NCBI GenBank assembly: GCA_041579295.1
Contig: JBFGGA010000001.1
Coordinates: forward strand, 2,339-66,338
From: Myxococcota bacterium
Lineage (GTDB): Bacteria; Myxococcota_A; UBA9160; SMWR01
Direction of reading: 5' to 3'
DNA: 64,000 nt
The notes beneath the pieces are model-generated. The model ran no database searches. It was not told the DNA's origin and saw only the letters and a list, made by a program, of their open reading frames with translations. Of the stretch, positions 35,528 through 46,999 are shown piece by piece. Each line of letters begins with the position of its first letter. The stretch's first letter is position 1. The position numbers and the translations under genes were made by a program.

Positions 35528-35995
35528 TCACGAGCCCGTCACGGGGATCGTGCGGGCCGGCTCCTGCTCGGGCTTCGGGAGGACCAGCTCGAGCACGCCG
35601 TTCTTGTACACGGCCTTCACGCTGTCGGGGTCGATCTCCCAGGTGACCCGGAAGCTGCGCTCGAAGCGGCCGCTAGACCGCTCGGTCCGCCTGCGGTCGT
35701 TTTCGTCGGACGTGATTTCGATCTTCTTCTCACCCTTGATGGTCAGGAGATCGCCGTCGGTGGTGACCTCGAAATCATCTTTCTCGAGCCCGGGCAGCTC
35801 GGCGCTGAGCCTCAGCTCGTCGTGCGTCTCTTCGACGCTCACCGCGGGCGCGAACGCGAACTCGGGAGCCGCACAGGCGGCGGGCTCGACGAGCGGAAGA
35901 TCGCCGAAGAATCGATCGAGCTTCCACAGCGAGCCGAAGAGGGCGGGCGCGCTCAGGCGCGGCGCCCGTCGCGGTACGATCCAATGCGCGGTCAT
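35528..35995 (-). CDS. Hsp20/alpha-crystallin small heat-shock protein
   Basis: PAVSVEETHDELRLSAELPGLEKDDFEVTTDGDLLTIKGEKK...GRFERSFRV...DSVKAVYKNGVLELVLPK. Confidence 0.9.
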   Translation of the reverse strand: MTAHWIVPRRAPRLSAPALFGSLWKLDRFFGDLPLVEPAACAAPEFAFAPAVSVEETHDELRLSAELPGLEKDDFEVTTDGDLLTIKGEKKIEITSDENDRRRTERSSGRFERSFRVTWEIDPDSVKAVYKNGVLELVLPKPEQEPARTIPVTGS

Positions 35996-36103
35996 GGCTC
36001 ACCTCCTCCTCCATCCGGAGAAACTCCTGGCACGCCGCACAAACTGATCACTGATCCTCGAGCGTCAACCCCGCCTGGAGGGGCCCCAAGCGCGTCGCCG
36101 CAC

Positions 36104-36922
36104 TCAGGCCCGATCCGAGGCGCCCTCCCCGCGCGCGGCGGGATCCGGTTCCAGATAGCCGGCCGCCAAGCGCTCGAGCACCGCGTCGCCGAGCCCGATT
36201 TCGCTCGCGTAGCCGCGGAAGGAGCCGTAGCGACCGCGCAGCAATTCGATCAGCGAGAACATCGTCTCGGGCGCGGCGCTGAGCGTGTCCGCGGGAATCG
36301 CGTCGATCACGTCGCGGTAGCTCACCGACTGCGCGAGGCGGCCCATGATCGCGTCGAAGTTCTCCTGGGTCGCCGCGTAGTCGGCGACGATGAGCTCGTC
36401 GGGCACACCGAGCAGGCCGAGCACGATCGCGGAGATCACACCGGTGCGGTCCTTGCCGGCCGTGCAGTGGTAGACGACCGGTGTGGAGCAATCCGCGAGC
36501 GCGCCCACGACGCGGGCGACCCCGACCTGGGCGCGTTCGGCCATCAGGAAGTAGCGCTCCGCGAGCGTGAGCCGTTCCATCAGATCGGGATCGAGGGTCA
36601 ACGGGCCCTCGAAGAGGGGCAGGTGGTGGTAGACCGGGATCCGAGCGCGGAGGGCTCCGCGACCGTCGGCGGCGACCTCGCCCGTCGAGCGAAGGTCGAC
36701 GATCGCGCCGATCCCGAGCTCGCCGGTGATGCGGTCGACACCCTCCTCGGTCAGGCCGTTGAGCGAGTCGCTGCGAAACAGTCGGCGCCAGCGCAGCCGC
36801 GCCCCCCCGCGGGCGGGGTACCCGCCGAGGTCTCGGAAGTTCGCGCAGCCGGGCAGATCGATCCTTCGCTCCACGGCCGGCAGTCTACACGGGCCGCCCG
36901 GAAATGCCGGGGCGCGGCGCAA
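36104..36922 (-). CDS. Cytoplasmic tyrosine/dual-specificity phosphatase (Y_phosphatase3-like), paralog of 11160-12266
   Basis: ANFRDLGGY and VVYHCTAGKDRTG (CX5R). No signal peptide. Start is TTG 36922 or GTG 36874. Confidence 0.8.
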   Translation of the reverse strand: MRRAPAFPGGPCRLPAVERRIDLPGCANFRDLGGYPARGGARLRWRRLFRSDSLNGLTEEGVDRITGELGIGAIVDLRSTGEVAADGRGALRARIPVYHHLPLFEGPLTLDPDLMERLTLAERYFLMAERAQVGVARVVGALADCSTPVVYHCTAGKDRTGVISAIVLGLLGVPDELIVADYAATQENFDAIMGRLAQSVSYRDVIDAIPADTLSAAPETMFSLIELLRGRYGSFRGYASEIGLGDAVLERLAAGYLEPDPAARGEGASDRA

Positions 36923-36989
36923 GAATTCGCCGCTCGCAGCGCGCCGCGCTCGCCTGCGCGAGCGATCGCAGCTGGGCTATCCATTGTGC

Positions 36990-37355
36990 ATGTCGCGGAC
37001 TCGCCCCCCGGATGCGGGCAGACGACCGAAACCCGCATCCGGACAGAAGATCGACACGCCGGTGCTGATCGTCTCGGCGCTGACCGCATTCTTCGCGACC
37101 CTGTTCGCGACGCTGCTCGTGCTGCGGCCCGAGCCGAGCGGCCCGGCGCAGGCGATGCCCGCGGATGCCCCCTCCGAGCCGATCCCGGTACGCGCGAGTG
37201 CGCCGCGGGTCGATCAGCCGCGGGTCGACGCGCCGCCGCCCGAATCCGCGCCGAAAGCGGCGCACCCCGCGCCGAAGCGCGATGCTACGCTGCGCGCCCA
37301 GCTGGAAGAGCTGGGCATCGAGTGTGCCGAAGGCATCGAGTGCTATCCCGATTGA
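36990..37355 (+). CDS. Hypothetical single-pass membrane protein with Pro-rich ectodomain
   Basis: ATG 36990. MSRTRPPDAGRRPKPASGQKIDTPVLIVSALTAFFATLFATLLVL (TM), then a Pro/Ala-rich segment ending CAEGIECYPD. No family recognised. Confidence 0.45.
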   Translation: MSRTRPPDAGRRPKPASGQKIDTPVLIVSALTAFFATLFATLLVLRPEPSGPAQAMPADAPSEPIPVRASAPRVDQPRVDAPPPESAPKAAHPAPKRDATLRAQLEELGIECAEGIECYPD

Positions 37356-37658
37356 ACCCCAGCGTCTTCGCCGTCTTGGTGTCTGGCGGGCTCGCCGCGG
37401 CGCTCTTCCGGCAGGCATCGGCCGGAGGGAAATAAGCGCGCCAGCCGACCACGAGTGCCAGCCCCGCTGGTATCGCGCCTTCGAATCGAAGACCGCTGCC
37501 CTTCGGCCGCGAACCTGGGGCGCCCGATGACGACCGCCATTCGGCGCCGAGTCGATGTTCCTCACTCATCTGTGTCACGATCTGCGGCCAGACGCCGCCG
37601 CGAGCGGTCAGTCGAATCGTTCGCGTCGGCAAGGCAGCCGGGCACCGAGTAGCCGACG

Positions 37659-38039
37659 ATGCCTGTTCGCTGGAAGATCGACGTCGAAAACGAGCTGATC
37701 CGGGCAACGGTATCGGGCGAAGTCTCGCTCAGCGACATCCTCGATGCGATCACGGATTCCGCGAGCGATCCCGAGTTCCGTCGCGGATTCGACGTCTATT
37801 CCGATCACACGGCGATCCGCAAGGCGATCACCAGCGCTCAGATGCATTCCATCGTCGCGCGTCTGGAGTCACTTTCTCCGAGCATGCGCGGAGCGCGCTG
37901 GGCGATCGTCACCTCTCAACCCGCTTCCTACGGCATGATGCGAATGCTAGCCGTCTATTCCGAGCGCATTCCGATCGAGTTGCGGGTCTTTGGTTGCGCG
38001 AGTGAGGCGGAAAGCTGGCTTTCCTCGCCGAAACCCTAG
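37659..38039 (+). CDS. Hypothetical protein, possibly STAS/SpoIIAA-like
   Basis: 126-aa ORF with diverse composition and visibly more A/T-ending codons than its neighbours. The pattern (...ATVSGEVSLSDI...RWAIV...AESWL) loosely resembles SpoIIAA-like modules. Confidence 0.5.
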   Translation: MPVRWKIDVENELIRATVSGEVSLSDILDAITDSASDPEFRRGFDVYSDHTAIRKAITSAQMHSIVARLESLSPSMRGARWAIVTSQPASYGMMRMLAVYSERIPIELRVFGCASEAESWLSSPKP

Positions 38040-38170
38040 TGCGCGACCTTTTTTTGGGGCCTGACGCGCAGCTGGCTTGCGACTCGCCAGCCTTCCGGAC
38101 CATCGGGCCCGGCCGGTAACGCCGCTTGCATGGCCGATCCTCTCATACTCCCCACTCCATCTCGCGCGGC

Positions 38171-38917
38171 CTAGTAGAGCACGGCTCCCGCGAGCTTCTC
38201 GAGCTCGACCGGGTCGACGATCACCACGTAACCGTCGTCGATCCGCAGGATCCCGGCGTCGGTCCACTTGCGCACCTGCTTGTTGACGCTCTCCCGTGTC
38301 GTCCCCACGAGATCGCCCCACTCCTCCTGGGACAGCTTCAGGTCGATTCGGATCCCATCGGCCACCCTCTCGCCGTATACGCGACTCAGCGACGACAGCT
38401 TCTTGGCGAGCCTCATCGGTAGATTCAAGAAGAGCGTGTCCTCGACCAGCTCGCTGATGCGTTTCAGGCGCGTTGCCAGAACGGACAGCAGCTTCACCGA
38501 GACGTCGGGATTGGTCTTGAGGAACGACATGAACTCGCGGCGGTCGATGACCAGGAGCCGGCACTCCTCGATCGCCGAGACGGTCGCGGTCCGCGGCGTC
38601 GCTCCTAGCAGCGCCACCTCCCCGAAGACCTCTCCAGCGCCCAGGATGCTGAATACGACGTCGTCGCCGCTGGTCGACGTCGTGAGCACCTTGAGCTTGC
38701 CCTCGGCGACGACGTAGACCTCCCCGCCGCGATCGCCCTTGTGAAACAGCTCCTCGCGGCGCCCCAGGGTCTTGATGCGCGCGACGGCGGCGAGCGCCTC
38801 GAGTTGCGTGTCGGAGAAGCCCGAGAACAGCTCGACGTTCGCGAGCAGCCTCCGCTTCTCCGAAGGTGTGATGGGGGACACATCGACAGCATACCCCGAA
38901 GGGCGAACGCGGGGCAC
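38171..38917 (-). CDS. Crp/Fnr-family transcription regulator (cNMP-binding domain plus HTH)
   Basis: LFSGFSDTQLEALAA..., GDRGGEVYVVAEGKLKV, FGEVALLG..PRTATVSA (cNMP pocket) and the C-terminal HTH TRESVNKQVRKWTDAGIL. Start is GTG 38917 or GTG 38881. Confidence 0.85.
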   Translation of the reverse strand: MPRVRPSGYAVDVSPITPSEKRRLLANVELFSGFSDTQLEALAAVARIKTLGRREELFHKGDRGGEVYVVAEGKLKVLTTSTSGDDVVFSILGAGEVFGEVALLGATPRTATVSAIEECRLLVIDRREFMSFLKTNPDVSVKLLSVLATRLKRISELVEDTLFLNLPMRLAKKLSSLSRVYGERVADGIRIDLKLSQEEWGDLVGTTRESVNKQVRKWTDAGILRIDDGYVVIVDPVELEKLAGAVLY

Positions 38918-38968
38918 GGCTCTCGAACCGTCTCAAATTCCGATCTCGGCCTGCCGAAGAGTGCGAAC

Positions 38969-39619
38969 GTGGGGAAGCCGAGCACCCGATACCAGCGGCG
39001 GATCGCCTCCTACGTGCCGCCACAGGCCTACGCGCCGCGCGTGCGAGCCGCGCTCGAGGGGCTGGGCTATCGGATCATCCCGGTCGCCACGCGCGCGCGC
39101 TTCGAGGACGACTCCTGGAACCCCGACCTGAGGATCGTCGACGAGCGCCACCTCGACCGGATCCCCGCGGAGGACTACCTGCCGAGAACCCCGGTGGTGG
39201 TGCTCACGGGCGAGGCGCCGACCACCTGCCGGGACCGCCGCGTGGTCGGAAGCGTGCCGCGGCCCGCGACGCTGAAGGACCTCTACCCGATCCTGCAGCA
39301 GACCCTCGAAGAGACGCCGCGCGTCGCGGCGCGCGCGCCCACCGAGCTCCCCGGGCGCTGCACCCAGAGCGACCGGCGCTGGATGGGCGCGGTGGTTTCG
39401 CTGTCGGAGAAGGGCTGCCTGTTCCGGACGGGCCAACCGCTCGCGGCCGACCAGCGGCTCAAGCTGCTGTTTCCGCTGACCGTCGGCCAGATGGTCACCG
39501 CGCTCGCTCGCGTCGTCGGGCAACACGGCCTCTCCGTCGGGCTGGTCTTCGACGAGATGGCCCCGGCCGTGCGCGAAGCCGTGGCCGATTACGTCGAAAA
39601 CCGGCTCGCCACCCTCTAG
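38969..39619 (+). CDS. Receiver-like N-domain plus PilZ-like C-domain protein
   Basis: GTG 38969. The C-terminus RRWMGAVVSLSEKGCLFRTGQPL...LKLLFPL has a PilZ-like xxSxxG beta-barrel pattern, but the RxxxR motif is incomplete. The N-half has a flavodoxin-like alternation without an obvious phospho-Asp. Confidence 0.55.
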   Translation: MGKPSTRYQRRIASYVPPQAYAPRVRAALEGLGYRIIPVATRARFEDDSWNPDLRIVDERHLDRIPAEDYLPRTPVVVLTGEAPTTCRDRRVVGSVPRPATLKDLYPILQQTLEETPRVAARAPTELPGRCTQSDRRWMGAVVSLSEKGCLFRTGQPLAADQRLKLLFPLTVGQMVTALARVVGQHGLSVGLVFDEMAPAVREAVADYVENRLATL

Positions 39620-39878
39620 CGACCCCTCGGGCGACTCGCCGCCCCGCGGGCGGCCCGCCGCCTTCGAACGCCCCGAAGCCCGCCAGCGAGCGTTCCACCG
39701 CCCGCCAGCCGCCCGTCGCTCGAGGACCGCCCGGCCCGCGCGACCTCGCGAGCATCGAAACCCCGTTTGAGATTGGCCTTTTCGCGCGGGCGGCGCCGCG
39801 AGCCCGCAGCGCGGGGAAACGCGTCGGCTCGCGGAACGTCGGGACCGACGGGAAATTGATCTATCATGACGCGCCCCG

Positions 39879-42779
<2,901 letters not shown>

Positions 42780-42831
42780 CGCCGCCCCGATCGGGGCCGC
42801 TCGGCAACGGTGCGGGAGGTGCGGGGCCGGC

Positions 42832-43455
42832 TCAGCGCCTGCGGTTGCGCAGCGCGAGGATCGCGAGCCCGGAGGCGAGCAGCAGCCCGGTTTCGGGCTC
42901 CGGAATCGCAGAGATGGGCGCCTCGCCCGTGCCCTGCGGGTCGTCGAAGCGCAGTCCGTCGCCGAACGGGCGGGGATCGCCGATCGGCAGCAGCGCCGGG
43001 TTGGGGCGCGGATACGCGGTTCGCGCGCCGACCATCACGGGATCCTCGAAGATCACGTCCTTGATCTCGCGATCGACGTCGTCCATCACGATGACGTCGC
43101 CGTGGGCGCGCGGAAAGCCCAGCAGCCTGGCGTACTGCCGCGGCATCGGATCCTCGATTTCACCCGGCGTGTTGAAGAGGTTCTGGAGGTCCAGCAGCTC
43201 GGGAACGAAGCCCGCGTCGTAGTCGCGCGGGAGCAGCAGCGGCGGTTTCCCCGGAAACGGACGGCTGAAGTCGAGGACGGCCGGCGCCGCGGCCTGGTTC
43301 TCCGCGCCCTCGCTCGCGCCATCGGCGATGAGACTGATGACCTGGGGCGCGAGCACGCCACCGGTGACCAACAGAGGGAAGAAGATCCCGGCGAGCACGA
43401 CGATTCTCGCGGGCCAGCGGGAACTCCGGGTGTTGTTTCCCCTTGCCGTCGCCAT
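42832..43455 (-). CDS. PEP-CTERM sorting-domain protein
   Basis: The C-terminus IPEPETGLLLASGLAILALRNRRR shows PEP motif, TM helix and Arg cluster. The N-terminal anchor/signal is WPARIVVLAGIFFPLLVTGGVLA, starting at ATG 43455. Confidence 0.8.
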   Translation of the reverse strand: MATARGNNTRSSRWPARIVVLAGIFFPLLVTGGVLAPQVISLIADGASEGAENQAAAPAVLDFSRPFPGKPPLLLPRDYDAGFVPELLDLQNLFNTPGEIEDPMPRQYARLLGFPRAHGDVIVMDDVDREIKDVIFEDPVMVGARTAYPRPNPALLPIGDPRPFGDGLRFDDPQGTGEAPISAIPEPETGLLLASGLAILALRNRRR

Positions 43456-43856
43456 TCGACTTCTCCTCGAGAGCCGGGCCTCGCAGACCCGAGCTCCTCT
43501 TCGGAGGCTCACCCTTCCCGGAGCCACGCTCGCAGCACCGAGGGCGCATTCGACCCTCGGATTTCGTTATCGGACCGCGGGGATGCGGGCTTTACCCGAA
43601 GTGCGGGGGAATTCCGCCGGAAGACCCGAATATCTTCGGCAACTTGGGGGGAGCCGGCCCGCCGGCCTGCGGCGCGCCGTGACGCGCGCCGCGCGGTGGC
43701 GGGAGGCGCCGCGAGCGCTGCGCAGCGGCCGGGTGCGCGCGACGCGCAATTCGCGTGCAGCAACCCCGCCAACACCGCGCCATCGGGGGATGAGCGGCCA
43801 GGCGCACGCGCCGGCCGTCGCGCGCCATCCCGCGGCAGCGGCTCCCGGGGCGCCGC

Positions 43857-44786
43857 TCAGAGGTAGGCGAGGTAGCGCTCGAAGTCGGGATCCCGCCCGG
43901 CCACGACGTCGAAGTAGGCCTCCTGGAGCCGCTTGGTGAGCGGCCCGCGGCTCCCGTTGCCGATCGCGCGGTGGTCGACCTCCCGAATCGGGGTGACCTC
44001 GGCAGCGGTTCCGGTGAGGAAGATCTCGTCGGCGATGTAGAGGTCGTCGCGCGTGACCGCGCGCTCCTCGACGGGGATGTCGCGGCGTCGGGCCAGCTCG
44101 CAGACCGTCGATCGCGTGATGCCGTCGAGCACGGAGTGCAGCGGCGGCGTCGCGAGCACACCGTCGCGCACGACGAAGACGTTCTCGCCGCTCGCCTCGG
44201 AGACCAGGCCGTGCACGTCGAGCATGATCGCCTCGTCGTAGCCATCGAGGAGCGCCTCGCGCTTGGCGAGGATCGAGTTCACGTAATCGCCGCAGGTCTT
44301 GCCCTTGGTCATCTTCGCGTTGACGTGATGTCGGCTGAAGGTGGAGACCTTGGCTCGGATGCCGCGCTCGATGCCCTCTTCTCCGAGATACTTGCCCCAG
44401 GGCCAGGCGATCACCGCGACGTGGATCGGATTGGTGCCCGGGTTGAGGCCCATCGCGCCTTCGCCGACGAACGCGATCGGCCGCACGTAGCCCTCGTCGA
44501 GCTCGTTGCGACGCAGGGTCTCGAGGGACGCCTCCTCGATCTCCTTCTGCCGAAACGGGATCTCGATGAGGTTGATCCGCGCGGAGTCGAAGAGCCGGCG
44601 GACGTGATCCGCGAGCCGAAAGACCGCGGACCGGCCGTCCGCGGTCTGGTAGCAGCGGATGCCCTCGAAGACGCCGAGCCCGTAGTGCAGCGTGTGGGTG
44701 AGGATGTGAACCCGGGCGTCGGGCCAGTCGACGAACCGGCCGTCGAACCAGATCTGCTTGCCGGTGATGCGCGGAGTCTCGCTCAT
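43857..44786 (-). CDS. ilvE: Branched-chain amino-acid aminotransferase
   Basis: HTLHYGLGVFEGIRCY, ...NAKMTKGKTCGDYVNS (PLP Lys region) and LDGITR, EIFLTGTAAEVTPI. Confidence 0.95.
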   Translation of the reverse strand: MSETPRITGKQIWFDGRFVDWPDARVHILTHTLHYGLGVFEGIRCYQTADGRSAVFRLADHVRRLFDSARINLIEIPFRQKEIEEASLETLRRNELDEGYVRPIAFVGEGAMGLNPGTNPIHVAVIAWPWGKYLGEEGIERGIRAKVSTFSRHHVNAKMTKGKTCGDYVNSILAKREALLDGYDEAIMLDVHGLVSEASGENVFVVRDGVLATPPLHSVLDGITRSTVCELARRRDIPVEERAVTRDDLYIADEIFLTGTAAEVTPIREVDHRAIGNGSRGPLTKRLQEAYFDVVAGRDPDFERYLAYL

Positions 44787-44808
44787 CGGGCCCCTGTCGC
44801 GCCGAGAC

Positions 44809-46788
44809 TCAGCGGCGCAGTAGGCGTCCGATGAGCCCCTTCGATTTCTTCCGCCTGAGATTGATCAGGCGAAGCTCGCGCAGCGCCTCCACGCAACCCG
44901 GCTCGAGTTGCACGGCCCGCGCAAACATCTTTTCCGCCAGCTCGACCCGTCCGATGGCCTTGCATAGGCGACCCATGTAGAGGTAGGACGTCTCGCGTTG
45001 CCCCGCCAGCTTGATCCCGCGGCGGACGTGCTCGATCGCCTCGGACGCGATGTCGGGCTGATCGGGGTGGCAGAGGTGGAGCGTCCAGCCGTAGTGGGAG
45101 TGGTACTCCCCGGCTTCCGGATAGAGTTCCAGGGCGCGTCCGAAGGCCTGGAGCGCGCGCTCGTAGGCGCGCTGCGCCAACAGCCGCTGGCCCTCCTGGA
45201 ACTGCACCTCGGCCTCCAGCGCCTTTTCGCTCTCCCGGCGGCGCTCCGCGTCGCGCTCGCCCTTGCGCTGGTTGAGCACGTACTCGCTGCGCCGGCGCGG
45301 ATCGGCGAGCGTCTGGTAGGCGGTGTTGAGCTGCGCGAACACTTCGGTGGCCAGGTGGGCGACCGCATCGCCGGTCTTCCGGTAGCGGTCGGGATGCAGG
45401 ATCGCGGCGCGCTTCTCGAATGCGGCCCGGAGCTCCTGCTCCGTCGTCGATTCGTCGACGCCGAGAATCTCGAAGTAGTTCTGCTTGCGCATGCGGTCCG
45501 CGAGGGCGGTCAATCGGGCGCGCACCTCCTCGCCCTTGGCCGTGGGCTGCGTTCGCGCATCGCGGGCAGGCCGCGGTGCGGCGGCCGCGCGCTTGCGACC
45601 TCCCTCGAGCTCGAGCAGGCCGAAGGCCAGGATCGCGTAGAGCGTGCGCTTGAGATCCTCGTCGGCTTTCAGGAACTCGGCCAGTCGCTGGGTCCCGTCG
45701 ACGCTCGCGAGAAGCTCTTCGTGCTTGGGATCCAGATCGACCTCTTGAAACTGGTAGAAGGGGCTCTCCGCGGGCGTCAGATAGCAGTCCGCGTGCGAGC
45801 CGATGTACTTGTCGATCATCTCGATCGGAGCGTACTCGCGCACGCCCCGTAGGATCAGGTTGGCGGGGCTTCGCTCCACGCCGAGGCTGTTGCCGCGTTC
45901 GAGGCCGGCGCCGCGCTCGAAGCGATACTTTCCGGTTCGCCAACGGAACGCCTCGAAGAGCTTTTCGTCGGCCTGCGCGCGCAGCGCGTCCGCGATCTCC
46001 TCCTCGGAGACGATCTCCATCGCCACGAGGATCTCGCCCTGCAAGCGCCCGGGCTTGACCCGGCGGCGCGACTCGGCGAAGGCCGCCTGGCTGATCTTGC
46101 CGCGGCGCACGAGGAGGTTGCCCAGACACTCGTTGAGGAGGTTGGAACGAACCGCGGTCGGGTAGCCGTCCCGAAGCGCAATCCACTTGCGCTTCTTCCC
46201 GTTCGAGAGGTGCAACACGCCCGTCGCGCGAAGCCCGTGAAGGTGGTGGAGCAGCGCGGGAAGCGGCAGCTCGTCGAGCGAGCCCGACAAACCCGCGGGT
46301 CGGGGCTCGACAAGACGGGGCGGCGGCTCGCTGTGGCGAACGTCCTCGGTCTTGCGCTCGCCCGCGTAGCGCGCGACCACGTCCAGCAGCTCGTCGAGCG
46401 GCACGGGTTTGGTGAGCAGCTCCACCACGCCGAGCGCCTTCGCGCGCTCGCGATTCTGCGGGGTCGGCGAGCAGCCGGTGATCAGCACGACCGGCGTGTC
46501 GCGCGAAGCAGAGTCCATCGCGCGCAGCGCCTCGAGGACCGCGAATCCATCCCTTCGCGGCAGGATCAGGTCGAGCAGCGCGATGTCGGGGGGGTGCTCG
46601 CTCAGCTCGACGAGCGCTTGATCGCCGTCGAAGGCGGTGCGCACCGCGTACCCCTCCTCGCCGAGGGTCTCGGAGAGGATCCGGCAGAAGTCGCGATCGT
46701 CATCGACGCAGAGGACGGAGCTCGGACTGTCCCTCACAGGGGGAATATCGGATGGCGCGAAATCGGCCTTGAGGGGAATTCCACTCAT
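44809..46788 (-). CDS. Response-regulator receiver - DUF4388 - J-domain - TPR multidomain protein
   Basis: Receiver: VLCVDDDRDF...IALLDLILPRRDG...LTKP. DUF4388-like: LPLPALLHHLHGLRATGVLHLSNGKKRKWIALRDGYP. J-domain: QNYFEILGVDESTTEQELRAAFEKRAAILHPDRY. C-terminal TPRs. Start is ATG 46788 (MSGIPLK...). Confidence 0.8.
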   Translation of the reverse strand: MSGIPLKADFAPSDIPPVRDSPSSVLCVDDDRDFCRILSETLGEEGYAVRTAFDGDQALVELSEHPPDIALLDLILPRRDGFAVLEALRAMDSASRDTPVVLITGCSPTPQNRERAKALGVVELLTKPVPLDELLDVVARYAGERKTEDVRHSEPPPRLVEPRPAGLSGSLDELPLPALLHHLHGLRATGVLHLSNGKKRKWIALRDGYPTAVRSNLLNECLGNLLVRRGKISQAAFAESRRRVKPGRLQGEILVAMEIVSEEEIADALRAQADEKLFEAFRWRTGKYRFERGAGLERGNSLGVERSPANLILRGVREYAPIEMIDKYIGSHADCYLTPAESPFYQFQEVDLDPKHEELLASVDGTQRLAEFLKADEDLKRTLYAILAFGLLELEGGRKRAAAAPRPARDARTQPTAKGEEVRARLTALADRMRKQNYFEILGVDESTTEQELRAAFEKRAAILHPDRYRKTGDAVAHLATEVFAQLNTAYQTLADPRRRSEYVLNQRKGERDAERRRESEKALEAEVQFQEGQRLLAQRAYERALQAFGRALELYPEAGEYHSHYGWTLHLCHPDQPDIASEAIEHVRRGIKLAGQRETSYLYMGRLCKAIGRVELAEKMFARAVQLEPGCVEALRELRLINLRRKKSKGLIGRLLRR

Positions 46789-46999
46789 CTGCGCACTGCT
46801 GAACCCTCGTGCCTCTCTCCGCTCCATCCTGCTGGGGTGCGGTGGGGGGAGGAGGGTCCGCGCCCGGGCAGACCCTGGTCGGTGGCGCCCGCATTTCACC
46901 AGCCGGGGCCCAGTTGGCCGGGTCGCGCTCGATTGGAGCGAGCGGCCCTCCCCCTCCCCCCGGCTCCCCCAGGCTCCGCGTCGTATCTGGAGGCCCGGC

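Noticed and set aside
37285-37707. 140-aa minus-strand ORF in the 300-nt gap before the STAS-like gene
   Set aside because: Arg/Ser/Ala-rich composition, overlaps of the 3' end of 36990-37355 and the 5' start of 37659-38039, and no recognisable motif or RBS.
42784-42797. GCCCCGATCGGGGC palindrome between the convergent uvrA and PEP-CTERM genes as a bidirectional intrinsic terminator
   Set aside because: The stem is short (5 bp) and there is no U/A tract on either side, so the evidence is too weak to annotate.
43767-43782. Minus-strand TGGCGCGGTGTTGGCG upstream of the PEP-CTERM gene as a possible sigma-54 promoter
   Set aside because: The spacing is right, but both boxes are degenerate (TGGCGC, TGGC instead of TTGC). 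It lies more than 300 nt from the ATG in GC-rich sequence where such matches are expected by chance.
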